Part shown: in pieces, positions 44,606 through 54,173 of the stretch
Layout of the letters: each line of letters begins with the position of its first letter
Numbering within the stretch: the first letter of the stretch is position 1
From: Thermotogota bacterium
Lineage (GTDB): Bacteria > Thermotogota > Thermotogae > Mesoaciditogales > Mesoaciditogaceae
Length of the DNA: 64,000 nucleotides
Assembly (NCBI GenBank): GCA_026988035.1
Contig: JALSLY010000069.1
Coordinates: 15,337-79,336, forward strand
Reading direction: 5' to 3'
The notes under the pieces: generated by a model
Seen by the model: the letters and a program-made list of their open reading frames with translations, nothing else
Told to the model about the DNA's origin: nothing
Database searches by the model: none
Position numbers and translations under genes: made by a program

Positions 44606-47600
44606 ATGAAATCAAATCGTTTCCTGTTCTTTTTAGCAGTCTTAATTGCGATGGCAATGATTCTATCTGGATGCTTTTTATTCCCAAAGATCGGAGTACT
44701 TGTGAAACCAACTTTAATTTCACCACCTAATAAAGCAACTGGGATTTCAACAAATGTTGTCCTTTTATGGAAAGAAAAGGGTTCGTTTAAAAATCTTAAT
44801 TACCGTCTTTTTTTCGGTACTTCAAACCCTCCCGCTTATCAAAAAACAGTTGATACTACTCAAACAATTGAAAACAATCTCAAGTATTCCACAACATACT
44901 TTTGGCGAGTAGCCGCTGTCAACAAATCAGGAAAGGTTGCAACAAGTGACATTTGGCATTTTACAACGATGGCGTTGCCAACACCATCGACTCCGATTTT
45001 AAGCGTCACTTCAGTCTCAACAGATTCTGTTTCCTTACAATGGACCAAATCAGCAAATGCCGCCTCAATAACTTTGTATTCTGTGACATCAAATCAATTC
45101 AGCCAGGTGGTTACACTTTCTGGAACTACAACATCTTATACTTTGACGAATCTCGAACCAGCAACTGTTTATAAATTCTTTGTTGTGGCTTCAAACACAT
45201 CTGGAAAAGCGACATCGAATACAGTTACTGCAACTACTCAATCCATTCCAGCTCCTCCAAAACCGCCTCTTCCATCTACACCTGTTTTGAAAGTCACATC
45301 AATTTCAACTGATTCTGTTTCTTTGGGGTGGAGCAAATCGACAAACGCCTCAGCGATAGATGTTTATTCAGCGACATCAAATAAATTTAGTCAAATTGCA
45401 TCACTTTCTCCGAATGCGACGTCTTATATGGCAAATAATCTAAAGCCATCAACAACGTACAAGTTCTTCGTCGTTGCGACCAACCCATCAGGTAAAGCCA
45501 CATCAAACACGGTGACCGCGACAACTCAAAGCCTTCCCCCTTCAACACCGATTTTAAGTGTTGGATCAGTTTCAACAAACACAATAACTTTGAAATGGAC
45601 ACAGTCCAAAAATTCAAACTTGATAACGATTTATCAGGCAACCTCTGTTAACTTTTCTTCCATTGCAACGCTAACTGGCATAGCAACATCTTACAAAGTA
45701 AATGATTTGAAAGCGTTCACCACTTACAAATTCTTTGTAGTCGCATCAAATGAAACTGGACGTGCAACTTCAAACACAGTTGTCGCGACAACACTAAAAA
45801 TTGTTATTAAACCAAATCCACCAAAGATTTTCGTAAATTCACCAAACACTTATTCAACCCTTTTAACGTGGTCTGAAAGTTCAACAAATGTCGTAGGATT
45901 TCACATATGGAGACGTTCAAATTCAAATGAAGCCTATACACTTATAGCTTCTGTGAGTGAAAACAAGAACTCTTACACGGATATTGTTAATCCAGGTCAT
46001 ACTTATTCCTATATGGTGAGCGCGTACAATTCTGCTGGTCAATCTTTTTCGAAATCTGTATCTATCTTTGTTGGCCAGAACTATTTCCCCATGAAGACAA
46101 CGAGCTCACTTGTTACTGTAAATGCACAGCCTAGCGTTCAGCCTCAATCAACAAAAGTGCTTGGAAGCAATTCTTATTCGCTTTTGAACTTTATAAAAAC
46201 CTTTAAAGCAGCCGCTTCATCAGTTCAACTGATTCCGACAAATGAGGTTATAACCTATCAAAAATTGACGTCAAACGGGACCACAACCTACACGGTGAAC
46301 ATATCTTACGCGTTCGCTGGACAGCCCAACGTTGAACTCCATCTTTCCTTTTTGGTTGGGGATGAAAAAGTATATCTTCAAAATTTTGCATCTTACCCAA
46401 TTCTACTTCTCAACAGTATCTATGGCAACAAGCCATTATCTAAAACTCATGTGCTTTCGAATTCTTATTCGAGAAATGTGACTTACATATCTCAAATGAC
46501 TTTTGGAAACCACACATATAACAACGTTCTCAAAGTTACTTTGACAGGCCCTACCATGACACTCGTTTTTTATCTTGCTCCCAACGAAGGTTTAATGAGA
46601 GTTGACGTGCTGATTGATAGTTCCACAGCATTCTCTTATACTGTAACATCCACATCCACAACGATACCACCTGTTTATCCACAAACACCGGTTATAGTGA
46701 GTCCGGCCGCTAATTCAACCGTACCTTCAACGTTCACACTTAAATTTAGCGGAGATTCAAGCACTTACACCATTTATTTGAACTCACAAACGCTGATCTC
46801 AACATCATCGACAATTGTGGAAATTGGACCACTAAGCGATGGAACTTACACCTTATCTATAAAAGCCGCTAATTCTTATGACCTCGAAACTCTAAGTCAA
46901 GCTGTAAATTTCACAGTCCAAGGTGGATGGACGGCTACTCCAACATATGTCGTTGGAGATTTCACGAATTGGGCGACGAATTCAAACTATGAGATGAGCT
47001 ACGATCCTGTGAATAAAACTTATTCACTCACCACGAGTGTCCCGGCCCCAGCTTCCACATTGACTTACGGCATAAATCGCTACTTGATAGAACAAGTGTA
47101 CAAAGGTGAAATTGTAAAATATGGCTACCAGCCAATTCCCATAACAAGTGAAAATGTAACATTTTACTTCAATCAGTCTATGGCGAAGCCTTTCACATCT
47201 GATGGTATAGGAGATACGTCGAAGGAAAATCGAAGTTGGTACTTTGCCTCAGACATAAATGGTTGGACCTTTTCACAAATGCAAGCATCGGGCACGACAT
47301 TTGTCGCAACTGTGGCAACAAACGGTGCTTTTGAGCCGGGAACGTACGGATTCAAAATAACTCCACAAGCCGCTTTTTCAACTACCCCTGCGAGCTTGAT
47401 ATCTTATTACTTCAACGGATCTTACGGGGCGTATTACTTGCCGAATGGAAGTTTCTCGATTGCTACACCATCAAACGAAATCGTTGTGAAGTTCAACATT
47501 TTGAATTCAAAAATCACCTTCGAAGCGACAAATGTAACTTCGGTTTATCTAAGGAGCAGTTTTAGCAGCTGGTCGGCTAATATGCCAGACTATAAATTCA

Positions 47601-50600
47601 AATACGATCCGTTCACCGGTATCTATTCTTTGACCACAGAAGTACCATCCACAACTGGTCAGCAAGAATATAAAGTAGTTTACAACGGCGCATGGTATGG
47701 AGGTAACAACATACCAGTTAAATCTGGTACCGTAACGTTCTACTTTGATCCATCAATTGCTACAGATCCAAGCAAAGCTGTTGGTATAGGTGACACTTCA
47801 AAAGAATCGATGACGTGGTATTACGCAGGAGATTTAGGTGAAACGTGGAGCAAACCTCAGCAAATGCAATATATAGGTAACGGCACTTTCGTTGCTACAG
47901 AAACTGGTAATTTTAGTGTCGGCAATTACTACTTTAAAATTACACCCAACGTCAGTTGGGCATCTTCGCCATACTATTACAATGGAAGCATTTGGGGAAA
48001 CTTCAGTAGTAGTAGCAATGCGGGCTCTCTTCATCTTTCAACTGCGGCATCAAAAGTGGTGGTTGAATTCAACGTCCTGAAAAGCCTTGTGACACTTCAT
48101 CCTGTGATTTCTCCAACATATTACGTTGCCGGAAATTTCGACGGTTGGCAAAACGTTGTTGGCAATTCTAATTACAAAATGTCGCCTAATTCTTCCGGCA
48201 TTTACACGCTTAGCATGACATTACCCTCCACGACTGGTCAATACCAGTACAAGATAGTGGAATGGACGGGAACTCAAACCGTATGGTATGGAGGACCTGG
48301 TTCTAATGCGAATTATGGAAACATACCGGTTAAATCGGGAAACGTCACATTTTATTTTGATCCATCTATTGCAAGTGGTTCTCCATCTGGAGGAAACTCA
48401 GATGTAGGCATCGGCGATACGACAAAAGAGACTATGAAGTGGTACTTCGCTGGTGACATAAACAACTGGAGATTTGCAACGATGACATATGTTGGCAACG
48501 GCACTTTCGCCGCAACTATAACAAGGCCCGCGACGGATGATTCTGCCGGTGCTTATGGATTCAAAATAACACCTCAATCTACATGGAGCACACAACCTGC
48601 GAGTTTGACGCAGTATTACTTCAACGGTGGCTACGGTGGCTACTCTTCTCCCAATAACGGTACTGTAGTAGTTCCTCAGGCAACTACTGTTGTCGTTGAT
48701 TTCAACGTTTTAAACAGCTCAGTTAGTGCTAAAGCCGCCAAAATTCAGACGCTTCATCAGGTCATAATGGCGTATTTGGATTCGATGGATGAAATTCACG
48801 CAACACTTAACTCTACTGTTAATACTTCAAATCTTTCGCAGTTCAAATTTAGCGTTAACGGACACAACACTCCCATTTCTTCTGTTGTCGATGCAAATAC
48901 TGGATTGTCCGGAATCTCGAATTACATCACGATAAATCTTTCTACGCCTTTGAACCTATCTGATGTGGCAAGTTCTATGGTTCTAACTATAAATAACTTT
49001 AGCCCGGCTACAGTTTACGCCAGATACGCTCTTAACAATTCTGCTTTTCATTACGATGGCCAGCTTGGCGCGATTTACTCGCCTTACCAAACGACGTTTA
49101 AAGTGTGGTCACCTGTATCAGATCAAGTCGATCTTTTGCTTTTTAAAAACGCAAATGACACAACACCATACGCGACATACGCCATGACAAGAAATTCTCA
49201 AGGCGTATGGTCGACAAGCGTGATGGGAGATTTGAACGGAGTGTACTATGAATATTCTTATCACAGATATGGCGAATGGATAAGTGCGCCTGACATATAT
49301 TCCAAAGCCGCGAACGCCGATAACACTAAATCCATGGTGATCGATCTTTCGCAAACAGATCCATCTGGATGGAATGTTGATACAGCTCCATTCCCGAATA
49401 ACATGGTTGATGCGATCATATATGAATTGCACGTCCAGGACTTCACGGACAATCCCAACTCTGGAGTTTCACCTCAGTATCAAGGCACTTACATGGGATT
49501 CACGCAAACAGGCACAACTTACGATGGAATGCCAACGGGAGTAGATCATCTTGCTCAACTTGGAGTTAACTACGTGCAGCTTCTGCCGATAGAAGATTAT
49601 GAGGATCCACAAAATCCAGGATATAACTGGGGATACGTTCCCTACCTTTACATGGTGCCGGAGTCCAAATATTCCACAACTCCAAACGATCCGGCAAATA
49701 CAATTAATGAAGTCAAACAGATGATCGAGTCGCTTCATTCAAAAGGAATAGGTGTGATTTTAGACATATCTTTCAGCCACACATCGTACGTGACAACTCC
49801 ATACACAGCCGCAGTTCCATACTATTACTACAATTACAACGAGTATGGACAGAAAACGAATTACTCTGGAGTTGGAAATGATTTGGCAACCGGAAATTAC
49901 ATGGTTGAGAAGCTGATCGTCGACACGTTGAAATATTGGATGACGCAGTACCATATTTCAGGATTCAGATTTGACCAAATGTATCTGTACGATCCACAAA
50001 CCATCCAAGATATAGTACAAACACTTCGTGCATTGGATCCCGGTGTACTTCTCTATGGAGAGCCATGGAAAGCGAGTGGATACAAATTTACGTATTACGA
50101 TCAACGTGGAATGGATCTTGGTGTCTTTAACGGCTATTTCAGAGACGCGATGATAGGAACAGCTGACAATCCGACAGCAATGGGTTTTGTAAACGGCAAC
50201 GCTACAAGTACAAGTGTTCAAAGTGATATAAAGTCTGGAATTGTGGGAAGCGTTCCTTTTGAGACTCTTCCAAATACATTCGCTGCTGAACCTGATGAAA
50301 GTATAAATTATTCCACATGTCATGATAACTACACACTTTGGGACAAAATAACAATGGCTCAGCCAACTTGGAGCGCATCTGAAGACATCGCAGCTCAAAA
50401 ACTTGCAGGAGCAATTGTGATGCTCTCACAAGGAGTCGCCTTTATGCAAGGTGGAGCGGAATTTGCACGAACGAAAGATGGAAATGGAAATTCCTATAAT
50501 GTCCAGAGTCCGAACGAATTCGATTGGTCAAGACTCACACAATTTGCAACTGTTGATAGCTACTACCAAGGGCTGATAGCTATAAGAAAGGCTCATCCAG

Positions 50601-50884
50601 CTTTCAGGATGACATCATCTCAAGATATAGATGATAATTTGATTTTTCTTTCTGGGCTTGCCAATGGCGTGATTGGATATGAAATAAACGGAGGCTCTGT
50701 TGGTGATTCATGGTCTGACATCGTGGTTTACTTTAACGCTAATACAACAGCAAAAACTGTAACCTTACCAACTGGGACATGGAATATAGCTGTGAATGGA
50801 GCGATGGCGTCAACGAGCTCAATTGGCACAGCTTCAGGAACGATTCAAATTGTCCCATTGAGTGCCTACGTGTTCTATAAGTGA
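44606..50884 (+). CDS. giant cell-surface lipoprotein pullulanase (GH13 type I pullulanase catalytic core with FN3 and carbohydrate-binding-like modules)
   Basis: There is a signal peptide with the lipobox LSGC (Cys23). About five FN3-like modules follow, then three ~200-aa repeated modules (YVVGDFTNW / YVAGNFDGW). A CBM48-like segment (LGAIYSPYQTTFKVWSP) follows. The GH13 regions are YNWGYVPYLYM, GIGVILDISFSHT, GFRFDQM, YGEPW and YSTCHDN. Confidence 0.85.
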   Translation: MKSNRFLFFLAVLIAMAMILSGCFLFPKIGVLVKPTLISPPNKATGISTNVVLLWKEKGSFKNLNYRLFFGTSNPPAYQKTVDTTQTIENNLKYSTTYFWRVAAVNKSGKVATSDIWHFTTMALPTPSTPILSVTSVSTDSVSLQWTKSANAASITLYSVTSNQFSQVVTLSGTTTSYTLTNLEPATVYKFFVVASNTSGKATSNTVTATTQSIPAPPKPPLPSTPVLKVTSISTDSVSLGWSKSTNASAIDVYSATSNKFSQIASLSPNATSYMANNLKPSTTYKFFVVATNPSGKATSNTVTATTQSLPPSTPILSVGSVSTNTITLKWTQSKNSNLITIYQATSVNFSSIATLTGIATSYKVNDLKAFTTYKFFVVASNETGRATSNTVVATTLKIVIKPNPPKIFVNSPNTYSTLLTWSESSTNVVGFHIWRRSNSNEAYTLIASVSENKNSYTDIVNPGHTYSYMVSAYNSAGQSFSKSVSIFVGQNYFPMKTTSSLVTVNAQPSVQPQSTKVLGSNSYSLLNFIKTFKAAASSVQLIPTNEVITYQKLTSNGTTTYTVNISYAFAGQPNVELHLSFLVGDEKVYLQNFASYPILLLNSIYGNKPLSKTHVLSNSYSRNVTYISQMTFGNHTYNNVLKVTLTGPTMTLVFYLAPNEGLMRVDVLIDSSTAFSYTVTSTSTTIPPVYPQTPVIVSPAANSTVPSTFTLKFSGDSSTYTIYLNSQTLISTSSTIVEIGPLSDGTYTLSIKAANSYDLETLSQAVNFTVQGGWTATPTYVVGDFTNWATNSNYEMSYDPVNKTYSLTTSVPAPASTLTYGINRYLIEQVYKGEIVKYGYQPIPITSENVTFYFNQSMAKPFTSDGIGDTSKENRSWYFASDINGWTFSQMQASGTTFVATVATNGAFEPGTYGFKITPQAAFSTTPASLISYYFNGSYGAYYLPNGSFSIATPSNEIVVKFNILNSKITFEATNVTSVYLRSSFSSWSANMPDYKFKYDPFTGIYSLTTEVPSTTGQQEYKVVYNGAWYGGNNIPVKSGTVTFYFDPSIATDPSKAVGIGDTSKESMTWYYAGDLGETWSKPQQMQYIGNGTFVATETGNFSVGNYYFKITPNVSWASSPYYYNGSIWGNFSSSSNAGSLHLSTAASKVVVEFNVLKSLVTLHPVISPTYYVAGNFDGWQNVVGNSNYKMSPNSSGIYTLSMTLPSTTGQYQYKIVEWTGTQTVWYGGPGSNANYGNIPVKSGNVTFYFDPSIASGSPSGGNSDVGIGDTTKETMKWYFAGDINNWRFATMTYVGNGTFAATITRPATDDSAGAYGFKITPQSTWSTQPASLTQYYFNGGYGGYSSPNNGTVVVPQATTVVVDFNVLNSSVSAKAAKIQTLHQVIMAYLDSMDEIHATLNSTVNTSNLSQFKFSVNGHNTPISSVVDANTGLSGISNYITINLSTPLNLSDVASSMVLTINNFSPATVYARYALNNSAFHYDGQLGAIYSPYQTTFKVWSPVSDQVDLLLFKNANDTTPYATYAMTRNSQGVWSTSVMGDLNGVYYEYSYHRYGEWISAPDIYSKAANADNTKSMVIDLSQTDPSGWNVDTAPFPNNMVDAIIYELHVQDFTDNPNSGVSPQYQGTYMGFTQTGTTYDGMPTGVDHLAQLGVNYVQLLPIEDYEDPQNPGYNWGYVPYLYMVPESKYSTTPNDPANTINEVKQMIESLHSKGIGVILDISFSHTSYVTTPYTAAVPYYYYNYNEYGQKTNYSGVGNDLATGNYMVEKLIVDTLKYWMTQYHISGFRFDQMYLYDPQTIQDIVQTLRALDPGVLLYGEPWKASGYKFTYYDQRGMDLGVFNGYFRDAMIGTADNPTAMGFVNGNATSTSVQSDIKSGIVGSVPFETLPNTFAAEPDESINYSTCHDNYTLWDKITMAQPTWSASEDIAAQKLAGAIVMLSQGVAFMQGGAEFARTKDGNGNSYNVQSPNEFDWSRLTQFATVDSYYQGLIAIRKAHPAFRMTSSQDIDDNLIFLSGLANGVIGYEINGGSVGDSWSDIVVYFNANTTAKTVTLPTGTWNIAVNGAMASTSSIGTASGTIQIVPLSAYVFYK
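44984..45793 (+). repeat. three tandem paralogous FN3-module repeats inside the pullulanase gene
   Basis: The protein repeats STP(I/V)L.V.S(V/I)ST(D/N).(V/I)(S/T)L.W..S.N......Y.ATS..FS..A.L......Y....L...T.YKFFVVA.N..G.ATSNTV.ATT occur three times (about aa 127-212, 224-309 and 313-396). Confidence 0.8.
46921..48735 (+). repeat. three tandem ~600-nt modules (each a pair of carbohydrate-binding-like beta-domains) inside the pullulanase gene
   Basis: Three protein patterns recur three times: Y(V/L)..(D/S)F..W...(S/P)(N/D)Y.(M/F).YD/P....YSLT...PS; VTFYF(N/D)(Q/P)S.A...S..(V/I)GIGDT(S/T)KE...WY(F/Y)A(S/G)D; and Y.FKITP(Q/N)..(F/W)(S/A)(T/S).P. Confidence 0.6.
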
Positions 50885-50888
50885 ATTA

Positions 50889-50922
50889 AGTGCCCTTCAT
50901 TTGAGGGGCACTTGTTGTTTTT
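50889..50922 (+). terminator. rho-independent terminator of the pullulanase gene
   Basis: AGTGCCC (50889-50895) pairs with GGGCACT (50906-50912). The following tract TGTTGTTTTT begins 5 nt after the stop codon region. Confidence 0.7.
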
Positions 50923-50932
50923 ACTCGCTCAA

Positions 50933-51369
50933 ATTGTGCACAAACATTACAAAACGATCCAAACTATAAAGAAAGAGATTTTTCACATTCCCTCGAAGTT
51001 TTCATCAAGACATATGAGCTCGCCATCTGAAAGCTCACAAGATGTAATGTCTTTCCCACTTCCATGACCGTTCTACTGTATTTTGTAAGGAGAGGAAATG
51101 CCAGAGCGGGATTGCGTAGTACGCAATATCTTTCCCGCTTTTCTGACCGAAACGAAGTTGAGAGCATCATCACTTCCTCTTTGTGTCTGAGGTGGCAACC
51201 GAGTAGTAGGCACAAGTGGTAGCCAAGAAGGGGACCGCGTAGCGGTGGAAGGTGTTAGATATGCAGCGTGCTTTACACAGAATCTTTGACCATAACGTCA
51301 TTCCGGACTACAGTTGGTTCTGGATGTTTATTCGATAAATACTCATGGGTTATAAAGTTGACGCACGAC
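50933..51369 (+). repeat. dispersed non-coding MITE-like element, copy C (about 437 nt, more diverged)
   Basis: The left end is ATTGTGCACAAACATTACAAAACGATCCAAACTATAAAGAAAGAGATTTTTCACAT (collinear with copy B). The interior shares GGGGACCGCGTAGCGGTGGAAGGTGTTAGATATGCAGCGTGC with copy A. The right end is GATAAATACTCATGGGTTATAAAGTTGACGCACGAC. Confidence 0.65.
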
Positions 51370-51388
51370 GTGGGATGAAAGATAGGAA

Positions 51389-52081
51389 TTAACGTGTTAG
51401 TTTGTTGTAAAGTAGTTGAAAGGCGTGAACAGCCACTCTTTCTATTTCAGCAACCGTTAGCTTCAACGGCTCGATCATCATTAAAGGCATAATGATGATT
51501 AGATTAAAAAGTGCTTGTATTGAAAAACCGTAAACAACAAAAACCGCAAGCGAATTCAACGCTATGATCACTGCAAAAAATTCAAATCCTGCACTGTTAG
51601 AACGCGGGCGAAAGTCGAAAACCTTTAAAGTCAGATAGGCAATTTTTGAAAATACTGCGATAACAAAGGCACAAAACAGGAAAACCAAGAGCACCCACCA
51701 ATCACGAAACAGCGGTGGTATTTCAAATCCCACAATCCATCCAAGTTTGTAAAGAATCAAAACCAGCGACCAAAAGAGTGGCCCTTCAGCTAAAAAGATC
51801 GACAATCCATTTATCTTCATCATGATCGAGATCGACATTGGAACGATAAAGAGAATGAAAAACAGTGATCCACCTAAATCATTAAATGCAAAGATTATCA
51901 CGGAAGCCACCACAACGATTCTTAACCATTCAGAACGTGATTGATTCATGGCATACACAAGTGGAAACACAGCTAAGTAACTTATGGCCGTTCCAATCCC
52001 GTAGATCATTTGAAATGTATAGATAAGAGCAGTTAAAGCCCCCAAAATGGCACTTTCAGCATTTTGCCGTGCTTTAGTCAT
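51389..52081 (-). CDS. hypothetical integral membrane protein (about 6 TM segments)
   Basis: 230-aa ORF, strongly hydrophobic throughout. I recognise no catalytic motif. Confidence 0.65.
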   Translation of the reverse strand: MTKARQNAESAILGALTALIYTFQMIYGIGTAISYLAVFPLVYAMNQSRSEWLRIVVVASVIIFAFNDLGGSLFFILFIVPMSISIMMKINGLSIFLAEGPLFWSLVLILYKLGWIVGFEIPPLFRDWWVLLVFLFCAFVIAVFSKIAYLTLKVFDFRPRSNSAGFEFFAVIIALNSLAVFVVYGFSIQALFNLIIIMPLMMIEPLKLTVAEIERVAVHAFQLLYNKLTR

Positions 52082-52130
52082 CGAAGGTCGCCACCTTCCC
52101 CGCTCATAACATCAATACAAAGCTCTGCAC

Positions 52131-52394
52131 TTAACCATTCAATTCTTTTCTAAGCCCCTTTTGTGATGTGAAACCTGTTTTTTTCTGGATATTCTTGTGT
52201 TTTACTGCGGAACTTCTTTTCTCGATTGGACTCACAGCGAGTTTTAAAATATCTTCTGGAACTTTTGAAAGATTTTCCAAGTACATTTCAAGGGCTTTGC
52301 GCATAAGATAACTTTTGGGCCTGTCAAGTTTCTGGGCATATTTTTCAAGTTTCCTCTCAAGTTTTTCTGGCAATCTAAGAGATATCAATTTCAT
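52131..52394 (-). CDS. ribbon-helix-helix (CopG/MetJ-type) DNA-binding protein
   Basis: MKLISLRLPEKLERKLEKYAQKLDRPKSYLMRKALEMYLE is a textbook RHH strand-helix-helix N-terminus, followed by a basic tail. Confidence 0.75.
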   Translation of the reverse strand: MKLISLRLPEKLERKLEKYAQKLDRPKSYLMRKALEMYLENLSKVPEDILKLAVSPIEKRSSAVKHKNIQKKTGFTSQKGLRKELNG

Positions 52395-52509
52395 AGTATC
52401 ACCTCGTATTACATTATATCACAAAGCAAAAATTCATCTGCAAACAAAAAACGTTTAACGTTCCATTAACTTCCCACCCGTATAATTTTGTACAAACAAC
52501 AAATAATGG

Positions 52510-52524
52510 TGGTGGAGTCCACCA
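52510..52524. promoter_or_regulatory. 7-1-7 palindrome in the divergent intergenic region (candidate operator)
   Basis: TGGTGGA-G-TCCACCA read directly. It lies about 50 nt upstream of the first gene of the membrane complex and about 115 nt upstream of the divergent RHH gene. Confidence 0.35.
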
Positions 52525-52576
52525 GAAAGCTTTTTAGCCAATGACTCCTACCCATCCCACGGATAGGAGGTTTTTT

Positions 52577-53530
52577 ATGCTGTTAATTTTTCTAAGCATT
52601 TTGCAGTTGTTCTATGTGCTACTGCTTTCACCGTTAATCTTCGGAATCTTTTCAAAATTCGAAGAGAGAATCGAATCTAAAAAAGGACCAAGTATTTTTC
52701 AACCTTACTACGATCTTTTCAAACTTTTTAGAAAACAAGTCGTCGTCCCTGAGGTGTCGTCTCCGTTTTTTCATGTGGTGCCTTACGTAGAATTTGCATT
52801 GTACTCGCTTTTGACGTTAGTCCTACCAATAATAACGGCCTTTCCACTTGAATTTGGGCCAACGGTGGATTTCATCGGTGGAGGTTTGATCTTTGGAGCA
52901 GCAGCGCTGTTGAAGAAAATAGCATCTTTGGACAGTCGAAGCAATTATTCGCATCTTGGAGTTTCTCGAGCAGCAAGCATGGGAGCATTGGCAGAACCAA
53001 TAACGGTTTTAATATTCATTATGTTAGGCGTTATCTCAAAGACAAATAACCCTTACATCATAAACAACGTACTTCAAACATCATCAAGTTGGTATCTTTC
53101 GTTGACACACTGGTTTGTTGCCGCTGCATTTTTCATGATCTTGCTTGTTGAAACCGGAAAACTTCCAATAGAACATCATTCCACAGCTGAGCTTGGTATG
53201 ATTGATCAGGCAATGGATCTGGAGTACTCAGGAATGGACCTCGCCTTCTACAAATGGGGAGGATATATAAAGAAATTTTTGCTCATGAGTGTGTTTGTGA
53301 ACGTGTATACGGTGCCGTTTTTCGTACCTATGAAGTATAATCTGTCTTCGATTGCCATATATACAGGAATTCACTTTTTAAAGCTTCTCGGTCTTGTGAT
53401 TAGTATGGGGCTATTAGAGGAAAGTATTTCAAAATTCAGACTCTTCAAAAATTTCGATTACATGGCTATCTCCTTCTCTTTGGCCTTTCTGAGTTTCTTG
53501 GCGTTTTACACAACGAATGGAGGTTTCTAA
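52577..53530 (+). CDS. NuoH / HycD / HyfC-like membrane subunit
   Basis: A polytopic membrane protein of about 317 aa. The ATG at 52577 lies 7 nt after GGAGG. The charged loop motifs (PIEHHSTAELGMIDQAMDLEYSG) are typical of the NuoH/HycD quinone-chamber subunit family. Confidence 0.75.
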   Translation: MLLIFLSILQLFYVLLLSPLIFGIFSKFEERIESKKGPSIFQPYYDLFKLFRKQVVVPEVSSPFFHVVPYVEFALYSLLTLVLPIITAFPLEFGPTVDFIGGGLIFGAAALLKKIASLDSRSNYSHLGVSRAASMGALAEPITVLIFIMLGVISKTNNPYIINNVLQTSSSWYLSLTHWFVAAAFFMILLVETGKLPIEHHSTAELGMIDQAMDLEYSGMDLAFYKWGGYIKKFLLMSVFVNVYTVPFFVPMKYNLSSIAIYTGIHFLKLLGLVISMGLLEESISKFRLFKNFDYMAISFSLAFLSFLAFYTTNGGF

Positions 53531-53531
53531 G

Positions 53532-54167
53532 ATGGAGAAGTTTTTCGCACTTATTGGCTTTTTTGAGATACTGCTGGTTCTCTTTATGCAATGGGAAGTG
53601 TATACCAAGAAAATCATCACAACCTTTTCCATAGCGTCTTACACGATCGCCGTCTTTTTGTTTTATCTTGGAATCATGGAAAACAAGTATCTGGTCGTTA
53701 TCCTGGCAGTTCTCACGGCTGGGGTAAGAGGATTTTTTATACCATGGTTTATGAAAAAAAGAATAGTCAGGGATCCATGGAGAGAAAGGGAAATAAAACC
53801 AACGATAAGCACGGCTTTATCGATATTAATATCACTTTCTGTGGTAATCTTCGCTTACGTGCTGTACAGGATCACATTTTACGATTCGGTTCACCTTTCG
53901 GATGGTTCCATACCAATAGCACTGATTCTCCAGGGAGTTTTCTTAATGATTTCAAGAAGAAATGCCTTCATTCAGCTTATAGGCTACATGATGATGGAAA
54001 ACGCCATCTTTTTATTCGAGGGCTATCTTTTTCCAGCGCTCCCATTTATTGTTGAGGCGGGAGTTATTCTTGATCTGATAGGTATCATCGCGATAGCGGG
54101 AATTGTGGTTAAGATGATGAAAAACTCCACGACAGATTCAAATGAATTCGACGAGTTGAAAGGATGA
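53532..54167 (+). CDS. HyfE-like small membrane subunit (hydrogenase-4 component E family)
   Basis: About 211 aa with 6-7 TM segments. The size and position between HyfC-like and HyfF-like genes match hyf-type operon order. The ATG at 53532 follows GGAGG. Confidence 0.65.
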   Translation: MEKFFALIGFFEILLVLFMQWEVYTKKIITTFSIASYTIAVFLFYLGIMENKYLVVILAVLTAGVRGFFIPWFMKKRIVRDPWREREIKPTISTALSILISLSVVIFAYVLYRITFYDSVHLSDGSIPIALILQGVFLMISRRNAFIQLIGYMMMENAIFLFEGYLFPALPFIVEAGVILDLIGIIAIAGIVVKMMKNSTTDSNEFDELKG

Positions 54168-54173
54168 ATTGAG

